A DNA stretch of 64,000 nucleotides, from positions 1,824,001-1,888,000 of the forward strand of contig CBDCOH010000002.1 in NCBI GenBank assembly GCA_965219685.1. The letters run 5' to 3'. Position 1 is the first letter of the stretch. Every line of letters starts with the position of its first letter. The notes under the pieces were generated by a model that ran no database searches, was not told the origin of the DNA, and worked only from the letters and a program-made list of their open reading frames with translations. The translations under genes were made by a program, and so were the position numbers. Below, one piece after another: positions 1 through 8,288 of the stretch. This stretch comes from Candidatus Spongiisociaceae bacterium (GTDB lineage: Bacteria; Actinomycetota; Acidimicrobiia; Spongiisociales; Spongiisociaceae).

Positions 1-1230
1 CTTCGCGGTGTCCACGATGCTGGAACTCGGCATCATGGGCAACGGCGACAACAACACCTTGGGCGACTTCGACATGGACCGGGTCGTCGGTCTGTTGGAG
101 ATCATCGCCCAGGTCACCGACGCCGACGTCAGCGGGCTAGCACCCGAAGACCTAGTAACCAACGAGTTCATCGACTTCTCCATCGGGCTACCCGAATCGG
201 CGATGATGACGTCGTTGGCGGGTGTGTGTCCTGATCCGTTGGTGATCCAGCTGGACTGGGAGCCGGAGTCGGAGCATGGCGGTATCTACCAGTTGGTGGG
301 TGACGGTTACGAGATCGACACTGACGCCAAGAGCGTGCGCGGTCCGCTGGTGGCCGGCGGCGACGACACCGGTATCGACATCGAGGTCCGCATCGGCGGG
401 TTCGCGGTCGGGTTCCAGCCGGTGCAGTCGCTCATGTACCAGGACCAGGACATCTTCATGGGCTTCGTCCGGGCCACAGAGGCCATGGCGAGCTATGCGG
501 ATGTTCCGATCGTGAGCGTGATGGCCACCTTCGAGAAGAGCGCCTTCGCCATCTACTGGGATCCGGAGACCTATCCCAACGTGCATCAGATCGCCGATCT
601 CCGAGACGAGGGAGCGACGATCCTGCTGGGACGGCCCGATGTGTTCCAGGACTGGTGGCTGGCTGAGGGGATCATGGACGAGTCCCAGATGGACCTGACA
701 GACCAGCCCAAGCCGGCCGCGTTCGTCGGCCAGGGCGGCGCGGTCGCCGAGGCGGGCTTCGCGACTGCCGAGCCTTACATCTACGAGGCGGAGGTTCCCG
801 AGTGGGGCAAGCCGGTCAGGACCCAGTTGATCCACGACACCGGGTTCGAGGAGTACTTCCAGGCCGTCGGTGTCCGGGCGGCTGACGCGGTGGACTTCGC
901 GGACTGCCTCACAGAAGTGGTCCCGATGATCCAGCAGGCCCATGTGGACTTCCTCAACAACCCGGACCCGACCAACCAGTTGATCCTGGAGTTGGTGGAC
1001 GCCTATGACACCGGCTGGATCTACACCCAGGGCGTGGCCGACTTCGCGGTGTCCACGATGCTGGAACTCGGCATCATGGGCAACGGCGACAACAACACCT
1101 TGGGCGACTTCGACATGGACCGGGTCGTCGGTCTGTTGGAGATCATCGCCCAGGTCACCGACGCCGACGTCAGCGGGCTAGCACCCGAAGACCTAGTAAC
1201 CAACGAGTTCATCGACTTCTCCATCGGGCT
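1..1230 (+). repeat. Exact direct repeat: 1-189 equals 1042-1230 (period 1041 bp = 347 codons)
   Basis: Base-by-base identity over 189 bp. The copies diverge at the next base: ...ggg cta ccc (continues) versus ...ggg ctg tag (stop). Confidence 0.95.
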
Positions 1231-1234
1231 GTAG
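2..1234 (+). CDS. ABC transporter substrate-binding protein (NMT1/THI5-like), 5'-truncated by the window edge, with tandemly repeated domain
   Basis: Frame is open from position 2. IQLDWEPESEHGG N-terminal motif of NMT1/SsuA-type binding proteins. The first ~62 codons are identical to the last ~62 codons. Confidence 0.8.
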   Translation, partial: FAVSTMLELGIMGNGDNNTLGDFDMDRVVGLLEIIAQVTDADVSGLAPEDLVTNEFIDFSIGLPESAMMTSLAGVCPDPLVIQLDWEPESEHGGIYQLVGDGYEIDTDAKSVRGPLVAGGDDTGIDIEVRIGGFAVGFQPVQSLMYQDQDIFMGFVRATEAMASYADVPIVSVMATFEKSAFAIYWDPETYPNVHQIADLRDEGATILLGRPDVFQDWWLAEGIMDESQMDLTDQPKPAAFVGQGGAVAEAGFATAEPYIYEAEVPEWGKPVRTQLIHDTGFEEYFQAVGVRAADAVDFADCLTEVVPMIQQAHVDFLNNPDPTNQLILELVDAYDTGWIYTQGVADFAVSTMLELGIMGNGDNNTLGDFDMDRVVGLLEIIAQVTDADVSGLAPEDLVTNEFIDFSIGL

Positions 1235-1238
1235 TCCG

Positions 1239-2105
1239 ATGGCGTCAGGAACCCTCCGCCTCGCCGTAGCGCAGCCACGGACGGTGGTGGAGCCTGACGC
1301 GGAGGTGAACGTTGCCCGGGCGGTCGAACTGGCCGCCCGGGCATCCACCCTGGGGGCGGACCTGATCCTGTTCCCCGAGGGATACCCCGGACCGGTCCTT
1401 GCCAAACCGAAGGACGACTACGAGGCGGGTCCGGCGATGGAGGCCGCGGCAGGGGAGCACGGCATAGGGATCTGCTGGAGCAGGATGGAGCTCTGTCGCG
1501 ACGGGAACCGCCGACTAGTGGTGTATGTCGTGGACAACCACGGTCGTCAGCTCATCCGCTACGAGCGGGCCCATCCCGCCACGCTGCCGCCCGACGAAAC
1601 CAGGGTCTGGGTCGCGCCGGGCGAGTCCTTGGCGTTCCTCGACCTCGATGGGGTAGGAGTTGGGATCGTGGTGTGCTCGGAGCTGTGGATCCCCGAACCG
1701 ACCCGGGTCCTCGCCCTGCAGGGCGCCGAGATCATCCTGTCACCGGCAGGCGGCGGTTTCACCTCGCTCACCGAGAACTGGCAGACGATCGTGCGGGCCA
1801 GGGCGATGGAGAACCTGTGCTACGTGGCGATGACCAACAACATCTGGCGGGACGAGGTGGGCGCGGCGATGATCGCCGGACCCGAGTACGTGGCGGTGAG
1901 TTCGGGGACCGAGGAGTTGTTGCTGGCGACCCTCGACCTCGACCGCGTCGAGTGGCTCAGGTCGAACGACGACTCGATGGTCGAGCCCAAGGGCTTCTCG
2001 TCCATCCCCGGCCTGCTCAGGGCCCGACGGCCGGAGCTGTACGAGGAGCTGGTCAAGCCGGGTACTGACCTCTACGACTTCCACACCCCTCCCCCGCAAC
2101 GGTGA
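1239..2105 (+). CDS. Carbon-nitrogen hydrolase (nitrilase superfamily)
   Basis: Motifs LILFPEG (Glu), VCSELWIPE (Cys) and RARAMEN. YERAH occupies the usual YxKxH position. Confidence 0.9.
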   Translation: MASGTLRLAVAQPRTVVEPDAEVNVARAVELAARASTLGADLILFPEGYPGPVLAKPKDDYEAGPAMEAAAGEHGIGICWSRMELCRDGNRRLVVYVVDNHGRQLIRYERAHPATLPPDETRVWVAPGESLAFLDLDGVGVGIVVCSELWIPEPTRVLALQGAEIILSPAGGGFTSLTENWQTIVRARAMENLCYVAMTNNIWRDEVGAAMIAGPEYVAVSSGTEELLLATLDLDRVEWLRSNDDSMVEPKGFSSIPGLLRARRPELYEELVKPGTDLYDFHTPPPQR

Positions 2106-3454
2106 AGGACCGCGGGATCCTGGTCCGAGGGGGATACGTCCTCACCTCTTCAACTCCGGAGATGATCGAGAACGGCGCGGTACGGGTCGTCGGCGAGTTG
2201 ATCGACGCGGTCGGGCCGTGGTCCGACCTGCGGGCTCGGCATCCCGACGACGAGGTCCACGGGGACCGCCACTCCATCATCACACCGGGATTCGTCAACA
2301 CCCACGGGCACTTCTCGGAGGCGTTGTTCACCGGAATCGCCGAGGACTACACCCTGGTGGAGTGGATCGAGGCGGTGATCAACCCCACCGCGCCCAATCA
2401 CGACTACGAGATGGCCTACGTGGGCACGCTCCTAGCCGGCATCCAGATGCTCCAGACCGGGATAACAGTCGCCAGCGACATGTACGTCTGCGACCCGGCA
2501 GACCGGCCCGTCACTCCCGGCGTGGTCCGGGCACTGGACGAGTTGGGCATGCGTGGGGTGGTCACATTCGGCGCTGCGGACCGTAGGGGCGCCCCGGTCC
2601 CCGCCATCCTCGAAGAGCATGCCGCCCTGCGGGAAGCGTGCGAGGCCAGCCGCCTGTCCAGTTTCCGGGTCGGGATCGCCCTCCTGGGTGCTCAGTCCGA
2701 GGCCCTGTTCGAGCAGTCCGTGAGGCTGGCGGCCGACCATGGAAGCCATATCCATCTCCACGAGGTCCGGGAGGAAGTCACCGCGATCCGAGCTGCGACC
2801 GGACGGACCCCGATCGAGCAGTGCGCCCGTCTGGGACTGTTCAAGGGGCCGACCATCGCCGCCCATTGCGTTTGGGTCGACGAGAACGACCGCGACATAC
2901 TGGCGGAGCATCAGGTGGGGGTCGCACACAACCCGGTCTCCAACATGATCCTCGCCTCCGGGGTCTGCCCGGTGCCGGCCCTGAGGCGCCTCGGTGTAGC
3001 CGTCGGCATCGGGGTCGACGGCCCCGCAAGCAACGACCGCCAGGACATGCTGGAGGCGATCAAGCTGGCCGTGTTACTGCAGAGGGTCGACCGGCTCCAA
3101 GCGACCGCCCTGTCCGCTCGGGACGCACTGGAGATGGCCACCCTCGAAGGTGCCCGTTCCCTGCGCCTCGACGACGAACTCGGCTCGATAGAACCCGGCA
3201 AGCAGGCCGACCTCGTGGTATTCGACGGCTCGTCCCCGGCGCTTGCCAACGTCCACGACCCATTCCAGAAAGTCGTCTACTGCGCCGGCCCCCGGGAGGT
3301 GTCCGACGTGTGGGTGGCCGGGCAGAGATCGGTGGTAAGTGGGGCAGTCACCCGGGTCGATGTGACTGACGTAGTGGAGCGATCACGTCCCCTCGCCCGG
3401 AAGCTGGCCCGACGAGCGGGAATCGGCGAGCATTCACTGCTGGCTCGGTCCTGA
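2102..3454 (+). CDS. Metal-dependent amidohydrolase/deaminase (MTA/SAH-guanine deaminase-like)
   Basis: Motifs PGFVNTHGH, HIHLHE, AHCV, HNPVSN, GVDG, GSIEPGKQADL. GTGA overlap with the upstream gene. Confidence 0.9.
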   Translation: MKDRGILVRGGYVLTSSTPEMIENGAVRVVGELIDAVGPWSDLRARHPDDEVHGDRHSIITPGFVNTHGHFSEALFTGIAEDYTLVEWIEAVINPTAPNHDYEMAYVGTLLAGIQMLQTGITVASDMYVCDPADRPVTPGVVRALDELGMRGVVTFGAADRRGAPVPAILEEHAALREACEASRLSSFRVGIALLGAQSEALFEQSVRLAADHGSHIHLHEVREEVTAIRAATGRTPIEQCARLGLFKGPTIAAHCVWVDENDRDILAEHQVGVAHNPVSNMILASGVCPVPALRRLGVAVGIGVDGPASNDRQDMLEAIKLAVLLQRVDRLQATALSARDALEMATLEGARSLRLDDELGSIEPGKQADLVVFDGSSPALANVHDPFQKVVYCAGPREVSDVWVAGQRSVVSGAVTRVDVTDVVERSRPLARKLARRAGIGEHSLLARS

Positions 3455-3564
3455 GCCGGCAGCCGAGCGGACCCGCTCGATCGATACACCCTTGCTCCTT
3501 CCTCATGGTGAAGCCTCCGACCATCCATGGAGAATATCGACTGATGCCGTTGTTGAACAAGACT

Positions 3565-3590
3565 GAACTTAGTTGTACACTTAGCGTTAT
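3565..3590 (+). promoter_or_regulatory. Candidate TA operator/promoter with TGTACA palindrome
   Basis: AT-richer stretch with TGTACA at 3574-3579, just upstream of the Phd/YefM-like gene. TGTACA is the core of yefM-yoeB operators. Confidence 0.35.
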
Positions 3591-3618
3591 GTGTTCGACG
3601 CCAGATGCCCTGCCGGAT

Positions 3619-3879
3619 GTGAAGAGCATCCCGATCAGCGAGTTCCGCCAGAAGTGCCTCGCCCTTCTCCCGGCGATAGCCGAGAGAGGGGGGGAAATCA
3701 TCGTCACCCGGCGCGGTAAACCCTTGGCAGTCGTCTCTCCGATCCGCCAGAGCGGGCCCGACACCCTCTATGGCCGCTACTCCGACGGGGACATCGTCTA
3801 TCCCGACCCCACCGCGCCCCATTACTCGGACGAAGAGTGGGATGAGATCGTCGATACCTGGGACGCGAATACCGGCTAG
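3619..3879 (+). CDS. Phd/YefM-family antitoxin
   Basis: Motif KSIPISEFRQKCLALL...EIIVTRRGKPLAVVSP. GTG start at 3619 chosen from homology; the longer ORF starts at 3505. Confidence 0.85.
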   Translation: MKSIPISEFRQKCLALLPAIAERGGEIIVTRRGKPLAVVSPIRQSGPDTLYGRYSDGDIVYPDPTAPHYSDEEWDEIVDTWDANTG

Positions 3880-3909
3880 AAGCAGGCGTTCAATGCTGGG
3901 AGCTATTCG

Positions 3910-4347
3910 ATGAAGCGGTCGGTCGTGCTCGATACGCACATCCTCATCGCTTACTTACGGGGAACTCTAGGCCGACCCGGCAAGCCCAGCTCGCTACGCC
4001 GTGTTCTGAGAGATGCATCAGCAGACCGGGGTTTGCTCGTGTCGGCGGCTACTTTCTGGGAAATCGAGTTGATCCGCCGCCACCCCAGAAATGACCTGCG
4101 GGTGCTCCCAGCCACCGACTCTCTCATCTGGTTGTTGAGATCCAAGGGTGTCGCAACGGCCCCGATCACACCCGAACTGGCCGTTCAAGCTATCCGCCTG
4201 CTTGACGAGGGATTCCATAGAGACCCGATGGACCAGTTCATCACGGCTACCGCCATCGAGGAGGGGAGCATCCTGGCCACGCGTGACCAGGCCATCAGGA
4301 CATGGGCCCAAGAACACGGCAAGCCCGATCTGGCCCCGATGGATTGA
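3910..4347 (+). CDS. vapC: PIN-domain VapC-like toxin
   Basis: PIN motifs VVLDTHIL, VSAATFWEI, HRDPMDQFITATA, LATRD. Lies downstream of the antitoxin. Confidence 0.88.
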   Translation: MKRSVVLDTHILIAYLRGTLGRPGKPSSLRRVLRDASADRGLLVSAATFWEIELIRRHPRNDLRVLPATDSLIWLLRSKGVATAPITPELAVQAIRLLDEGFHRDPMDQFITATAIEEGSILATRDQAIRTWAQEHGKPDLAPMD

Positions 4348-4391
4348 CAGGAGGTCGTAGGGCGAGGTCCCCATGAACCCGCCCGACATAC

Positions 4392-4868
4392 CTACGCCCC
4401 CGCTTGGCCGGGCTCGAGAATGACGACGGTGGTTCCGTTCGTACGGCGGACTGCGAACTCGTCAAGCTTTCGGTTCACCTCGGTCCATCGTTGCCAGAGG
4501 CGGTGTCGTTCCTCTTCGGTCGCCGGACGCGCGATCACATCACGATCGCCATCGACCAGCTCGACGTGCGCCTCCGGGTTGGACTGGAGGTTCAGCCACC
4601 ACGCAGGCTCAGCAGGGTCCCAGCCGTTCATGGCCATGGTCACCAGGTTGGGGCCGTCCTCGACGTAGGCCAGCATCACAGCGCGCTTCTGTCCAGAACG
4701 GCGTCCGATGGCCGTCAGATGCATTAAGCCGTATTGATCAGGCCTCGGCTGACGGAGTCCCCGCCTCCCACTCGTGAGCCGGTACAGCTGAGCATGAATC
4801 CACCAAGCGAGACGAACAAACCAACGCGGTGGCATCCAATGCGCCTTCTCGCTCCTCGGTTCCGTCAT
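4392..4868 (-). CDS. Deazaflavin (F420)-dependent nitroreductase family protein
   Basis: Motifs LTAIGRRSGQKR and NGWDPAEPAWWLNLQSNP, typical of the Ddn family. Confidence 0.88.
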   Translation of the reverse strand: MTEPRSEKAHWMPPRWFVRLAWWIHAQLYRLTSGRRGLRQPRPDQYGLMHLTAIGRRSGQKRAVMLAYVEDGPNLVTMAMNGWDPAEPAWWLNLQSNPEAHVELVDGDRDVIARPATEEERHRLWQRWTEVNRKLDEFAVRRTNGTTVVILEPGQAGA

Positions 4869-5049
4869 GTGCCATACCTCCGTCGAGACTCTGAGCCGGT
4901 CGGCCAGGCCATCCGGGCGTCACCCATGTTGGACGGCCAGGCGCGGCGATGCACCCTCCCATCTGTCGGGATCAGCTCAGCCAAGAAAGAAGGATCCGAC
5001 CTCACGGCCTCCGGATAGCGCACACATCCTGCCCCAGTACCGGCAGGGT

Positions 5050-5419
5050 ACTGGCCTGGGCCGACCGAGCGATAGTCACGAGTGCTCGCGAGCGTCCGGT
5101 CGACCTGGTCCAGCACCAGATAGTCTTCGCGGTCACGGCACGCCAACAAAGCGTCCGGCGGGTGATGTTCAAAGGCGGGACCCTGCTTCGGGTCTGCCAC
5201 CGGCGCGACTGGCGGTTCTCAGAAGACCTGGACTTCGACTGGATCCACGCCGACGACACCAAACCAGCCATGCAGGACTTCTTTGACCGAGTCGTCAATA
5301 CGGCGTCGAGAACCTACCGGACCGCGTTCGACACGAAGTGGGGCGCCAACAAACTCAACATCTACTGGGAGCTGCCCAACGCCACAAGGGATCTGACGAG
5401 GATCGGTGCCAGATCCTGA
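5050..5419 (+). pseudogene. Truncated AbiEii-like nucleotidyltransferase (type IV TA toxin) remnant
   Basis: FKGGTLLRVCH...RFSEDLDF motif. Stops shortly afterwards, has no clear start, and no intact antitoxin is adjacent. Confidence 0.7.
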
Positions 5420-5491
5420 ACGCGGCGCGTGGCCGGCGCTGGAATGACTCACCAGCGCGGGCGTGACTATCGCTCGGTCGATCCGGGCCAG
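5051..5491. repeat. Inverted repeat pair 5051-5080 / 5462-5491 (19-bp perfect core, 27/30 identity)
   Basis: cgaccgagcgatagtcacg at 5062-5080 and its reverse complement at 5462-5480. Confidence 0.85.
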
Positions 5492-5637
5492 AACGCCGAA
5501 ACCCGAGCGCGGCGAACGGGATTTCGGAGCGATGATACCGAGCGCGTTGGTGCCCGGGAGAACCACGTGTCCGCAGTCGATCTGATGTGCCGATCAAGAG
5601 CGCTCGGCCGGTGTCTCCCTCGTAGAGGCACCAGGAG

Positions 5638-5675
5638 AGGCAAGTCCCGGCTAGCATGCAAGTGGGGACTTGCCT
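5638..5675. promoter_or_regulatory. Candidate ArsR-family operator (inverted repeat)
   Basis: AGGCAAGTCCC-N16-GGGACTTGCCT perfect 11-bp inverted repeat, with an inner GCAAGT-N4-ACTTGC, 14 bp upstream of the ArsR gene. Confidence 0.6.
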
Positions 5676-5688
5676 ATGGTGTGCAGTC

Positions 5689-5970
5689 GTGGCCAATGTC
5701 TTCGATGCACTCAACGCACCGGCCCGCCGGGCGATCTTGGACGTCCTGGTCGCTCGGGACGACCAAACGCTGTTCGAGATTTGCGGCCGTCTCGCGGCCG
5801 AACATGACATCGGACTCAGCCGACAAGCGATCTCGCAGCACCTCGCCGTTCTCGAAGACGCGCAACTCGTTCGCAGTCGGCGAGACGGTCGCTACAAGTT
5901 CCACACCATCGACACAGCTCCGCTGCGAGCGGCGTTGGCTCGATGGCTCAACGAGGAGACCAACCCATGA
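5689..5970 (+). CDS. ArsR/SmtB-family transcriptional regulator
   Basis: Motifs FDALNAPARRAIL, SRQAISQHLAVLEDAQLV, GRYKFH. ATGA-coupled to the next gene. Confidence 0.88.
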   Translation: MANVFDALNAPARRAILDVLVARDDQTLFEICGRLAAEHDIGLSRQAISQHLAVLEDAQLVRSRRDGRYKFHTIDTAPLRAALARWLNEETNP

Positions 5971-6353
5971 CCATCCGCCTTCACCTGACCAGCGTCTTCG
6001 TTGACGATCAGGACGAAGCACTCCGCTTCTACACCGAGGTGCTCGGCTTCGAACCGCGCACCGACGAGCCGGTCGGGGATGGCGAGCGATGGCTCACCGT
6101 CGGCGCCAAGGGACAAGACGTTGAACTGCTCCTGGAACCATCCGGTCATCCCGCCGCCGCGCCGTACCGCGACGCCCTGGTCGCCGACGGGATCCCGCTG
6201 GCGTCCTTTGCCGTCGACGACGTCCAATCCGAGTTCGAGCGCCTCCGCGCCGCTGGGGTGACCTTCACCCAGCGCCCGACGACGATGGGACCGGTCACGA
6301 CCGCAGTTCTCGACGACGGCTGCGGCAACCTCATCCAACTCGTCGCTCAATGA
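5967..6353 (+). CDS. VOC/glyoxalase family protein
   Basis: Motifs SVFVDDQDEALRFYTEVLGF and DDGCGNLIQL. Confidence 0.9.
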   Translation: MTIRLHLTSVFVDDQDEALRFYTEVLGFEPRTDEPVGDGERWLTVGAKGQDVELLLEPSGHPAAAPYRDALVADGIPLASFAVDDVQSEFERLRAAGVTFTQRPTTMGPVTTAVLDDGCGNLIQLVAQ

Positions 6354-6382
6354 CATCGCTCCTTACGAAAGGAAGAATCACC

Positions 6383-6781
6383 ATGGCCAAGTCAATCGAC
6401 TTCCACATCCTGTTCCAGAACGGACAGGCGAGACAGGCTTCGGAGCGCTACGGCGAAATCTTCGACGACTACACGCTCGATCGCCTCGACCTCTACCAAG
6501 GCGACGGCGACGGGCCAGCCGGCCAGGTGAAGGTTGCCGACTTCCGAGTGCTCGGCAGGCGATTCGTCTGCATCGACTCCCCGATCCAGCACGAGTGGGA
6601 CATGACACCTGGCATCGCGCCGTTCATTGAATGTGACGACGACCCCGAACTCGAGCGACTCTTCGATGCGCTCGCCGACGGCGGGACGGTCCACATGCCC
6701 CTCGGCAACTACGGCTTCGGACGGCGCTTCGGCTGGGTCGAGGACCGATTCGGCGTGTCCTGGCTCCTGAACATCACCTGA
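6383..6781 (+). CDS. PhnB-like VOC family protein
   Basis: Motif MPLGNYGFGRRFGWVEDRFGVSWLL. RBS-like aaaggaag upstream. Confidence 0.85.
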   Translation: MAKSIDFHILFQNGQARQASERYGEIFDDYTLDRLDLYQGDGDGPAGQVKVADFRVLGRRFVCIDSPIQHEWDMTPGIAPFIECDDDPELERLFDALADGGTVHMPLGNYGFGRRFGWVEDRFGVSWLLNIT

Positions 6782-6910
6782 CCGAAGTCCCCTCGTCTGC
6801 TCGCCGTCGCAGCGGCCAGCACCAGGCTTAGACATCTGAGCTCCCAAACGGCCCCGAGCAGGGCCGCCGCTACTGGCCGCTGCTCCGACAGAGCAGGGCA
6901 TTGCGTATGC

Positions 6911-7174
6911 CTAGGCGATGTAGTTGGCCCACTGCTGCATGATCGGGCGGCAGCGCTCCAGCATGTCACTGCTGGCGTAGGCACCCTCGACGCCGCACAC
7001 GGCATCACCCAGCACCATCCCCACGAGATCCCTCGGTACGCCGGCGTCTGAGCACCAAGAACGGAACGTGGCCCTCAGCCCATGGGCCGAGCTGGGAATG
7101 TCCAGGTCGCGCAGCAGCTTCACATAGGTGTTCTCCGACACCGCTCGCCCCGTGACCGGCGAGGGGAACACCAA
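6911..7174 (-). pseudogene. C-terminal remnant of a P4-like tyrosine integrase
   Basis: Motifs HGLRATFRSW and AYASSDMLERCRPIMQQWANY. The conserved LGH is LGD here, and the N-terminal domains are missing. Confidence 0.8.
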
Positions 7175-7323
7175 GTCGCACCGGACCGCCGCGTGCTTCT
7201 CCCCCTAGCTACGAGGTGGCAGACTTTGTCGAAGCCGTGACTACCGGACGCGCCGATGAGGAAGAGCGGCTACGGCACGAATTGGAGAACCGGTAAGCGG
7301 CGACGGTGTGTGCGCCGTACACT

Positions 7324-7574
7324 CTCGACGAGTAGTTCCTAGTTGGTAGTTGCTAGTTGGCGATCCGTGGTTAGCGTTGGATTGGTTCGTTTTCCGGCCT
7401 CCGAATGGCTGTCCGAGTTCCATGTCACGCCGAGTGGTACCTAACCAAGCGGCAGAGAGGGAGCCTCGGCAAGCGAGATCCATGTACACGAGTTGTGCTG
7501 TTACTGTTAGTCGTTGTATACCGATAGTTCAGTATGGCTGGTTCTGGTGGGATGGCTTGGAACTACTCGTCTAG
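7324..7574 (+). mobile_element. MITE-like element copy A (251 bp, 19-bp terminal inverted repeats)
   Basis: Left end ctcgacgagtagttcctag, right end cttggaactactcgtctag (17/19 complementary). Similar to 34449-34708 and 51362-51626. Confidence 0.75.
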
Positions 7575-8141
7575 TGTCAGGAGCCACTCGTGTGCTGCTT
7601 TGGGTGAGCACAGGCGGATCACGTCCAGATGAACGTGGTCGAGATGAGCCAGCGCCGCTGGTATCGTCCGGCGCCGCCGCCAATGGCTCTTCAGTGCCCA
7701 TAGAAAGAGGGACTGACGACTCAGGAAGTGCCACCGGAGCCTCTCCGTATTGCCGTGCCACAGTTCCTCGCGAAGGACTCCACGCCGCATCGTCCTCCAG
7801 AACAGCCTCCACAAGACCACTCGTATCGGATAGTCCAACCAGACCAACGTAGTGGCCCTGGACCAGACAATGTCGCGGGCGATGCTGTAGTTACCGTCTC
7901 CGACCCATCTATCGCCCTGCAGTTCCAGCCTCAGCTGTTCTCTGAACACATCGTCCGGCGTCTCTGTCCAATTCGGCCCATGCCGAAGGGCATCGAACTC
8001 TATGTGCGGCATGTCGAGCACTCGGGCAATCCTCGTAGCCAATGTCGTCTTCCCAGCGCCGGTGGTACCGATCAGAACGACACGGTCACTGCCACGAAGA
8101 TGGACTTCGGTTTCAGGATTCTGAATCTGAGAATCGGTCAT
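7563..8141 (-). CDS. P-loop kinase (adenylate kinase/FlaR-like)
   Basis: Walker A GTTGAGKTT, plus WVGDGNY and WLDYP. The stop codon lies inside the MITE terminal repeat. Confidence 0.85.
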   Translation of the reverse strand: MTDSQIQNPETEVHLRGSDRVVLIGTTGAGKTTLATRIARVLDMPHIEFDALRHGPNWTETPDDVFREQLRLELQGDRWVGDGNYSIARDIVWSRATTLVWLDYPIRVVLWRLFWRTMRRGVLREELWHGNTERLRWHFLSRQSLFLWALKSHWRRRRTIPAALAHLDHVHLDVIRLCSPKAAHEWLLTLDE

Positions 8142-8222
8142 ATCGTTTCGGGAAGCTCGATAGCGGCCACAGTGGCCGGGGGCAACCGTCGCCCGGTACT
8201 CCTCTTGATCGGAAGCAGCCTC

Positions 8223-8288
8223 ATCTAACACTCACCACAGCTCACCAACAATAAACTACCAACTACAGACTAGGAACTAATCGTCTAG
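8223..8288 (-). mobile_element. Isolated 66-bp left-end module of the MITE-like family (copy D)
   Basis: The reverse complement ctagacgattagttcctagtctgtagttggtagtttattgttggtgagctgtggtgagtgttagat aligns without gaps to 34449-34514. Confidence 0.75.

Noticed and set aside
7185-7215. Possible tRNA 3'-end/att site beside the integrase remnant
   Set aside because: No T-loop consensus or CCA end, and no second copy found in the window.
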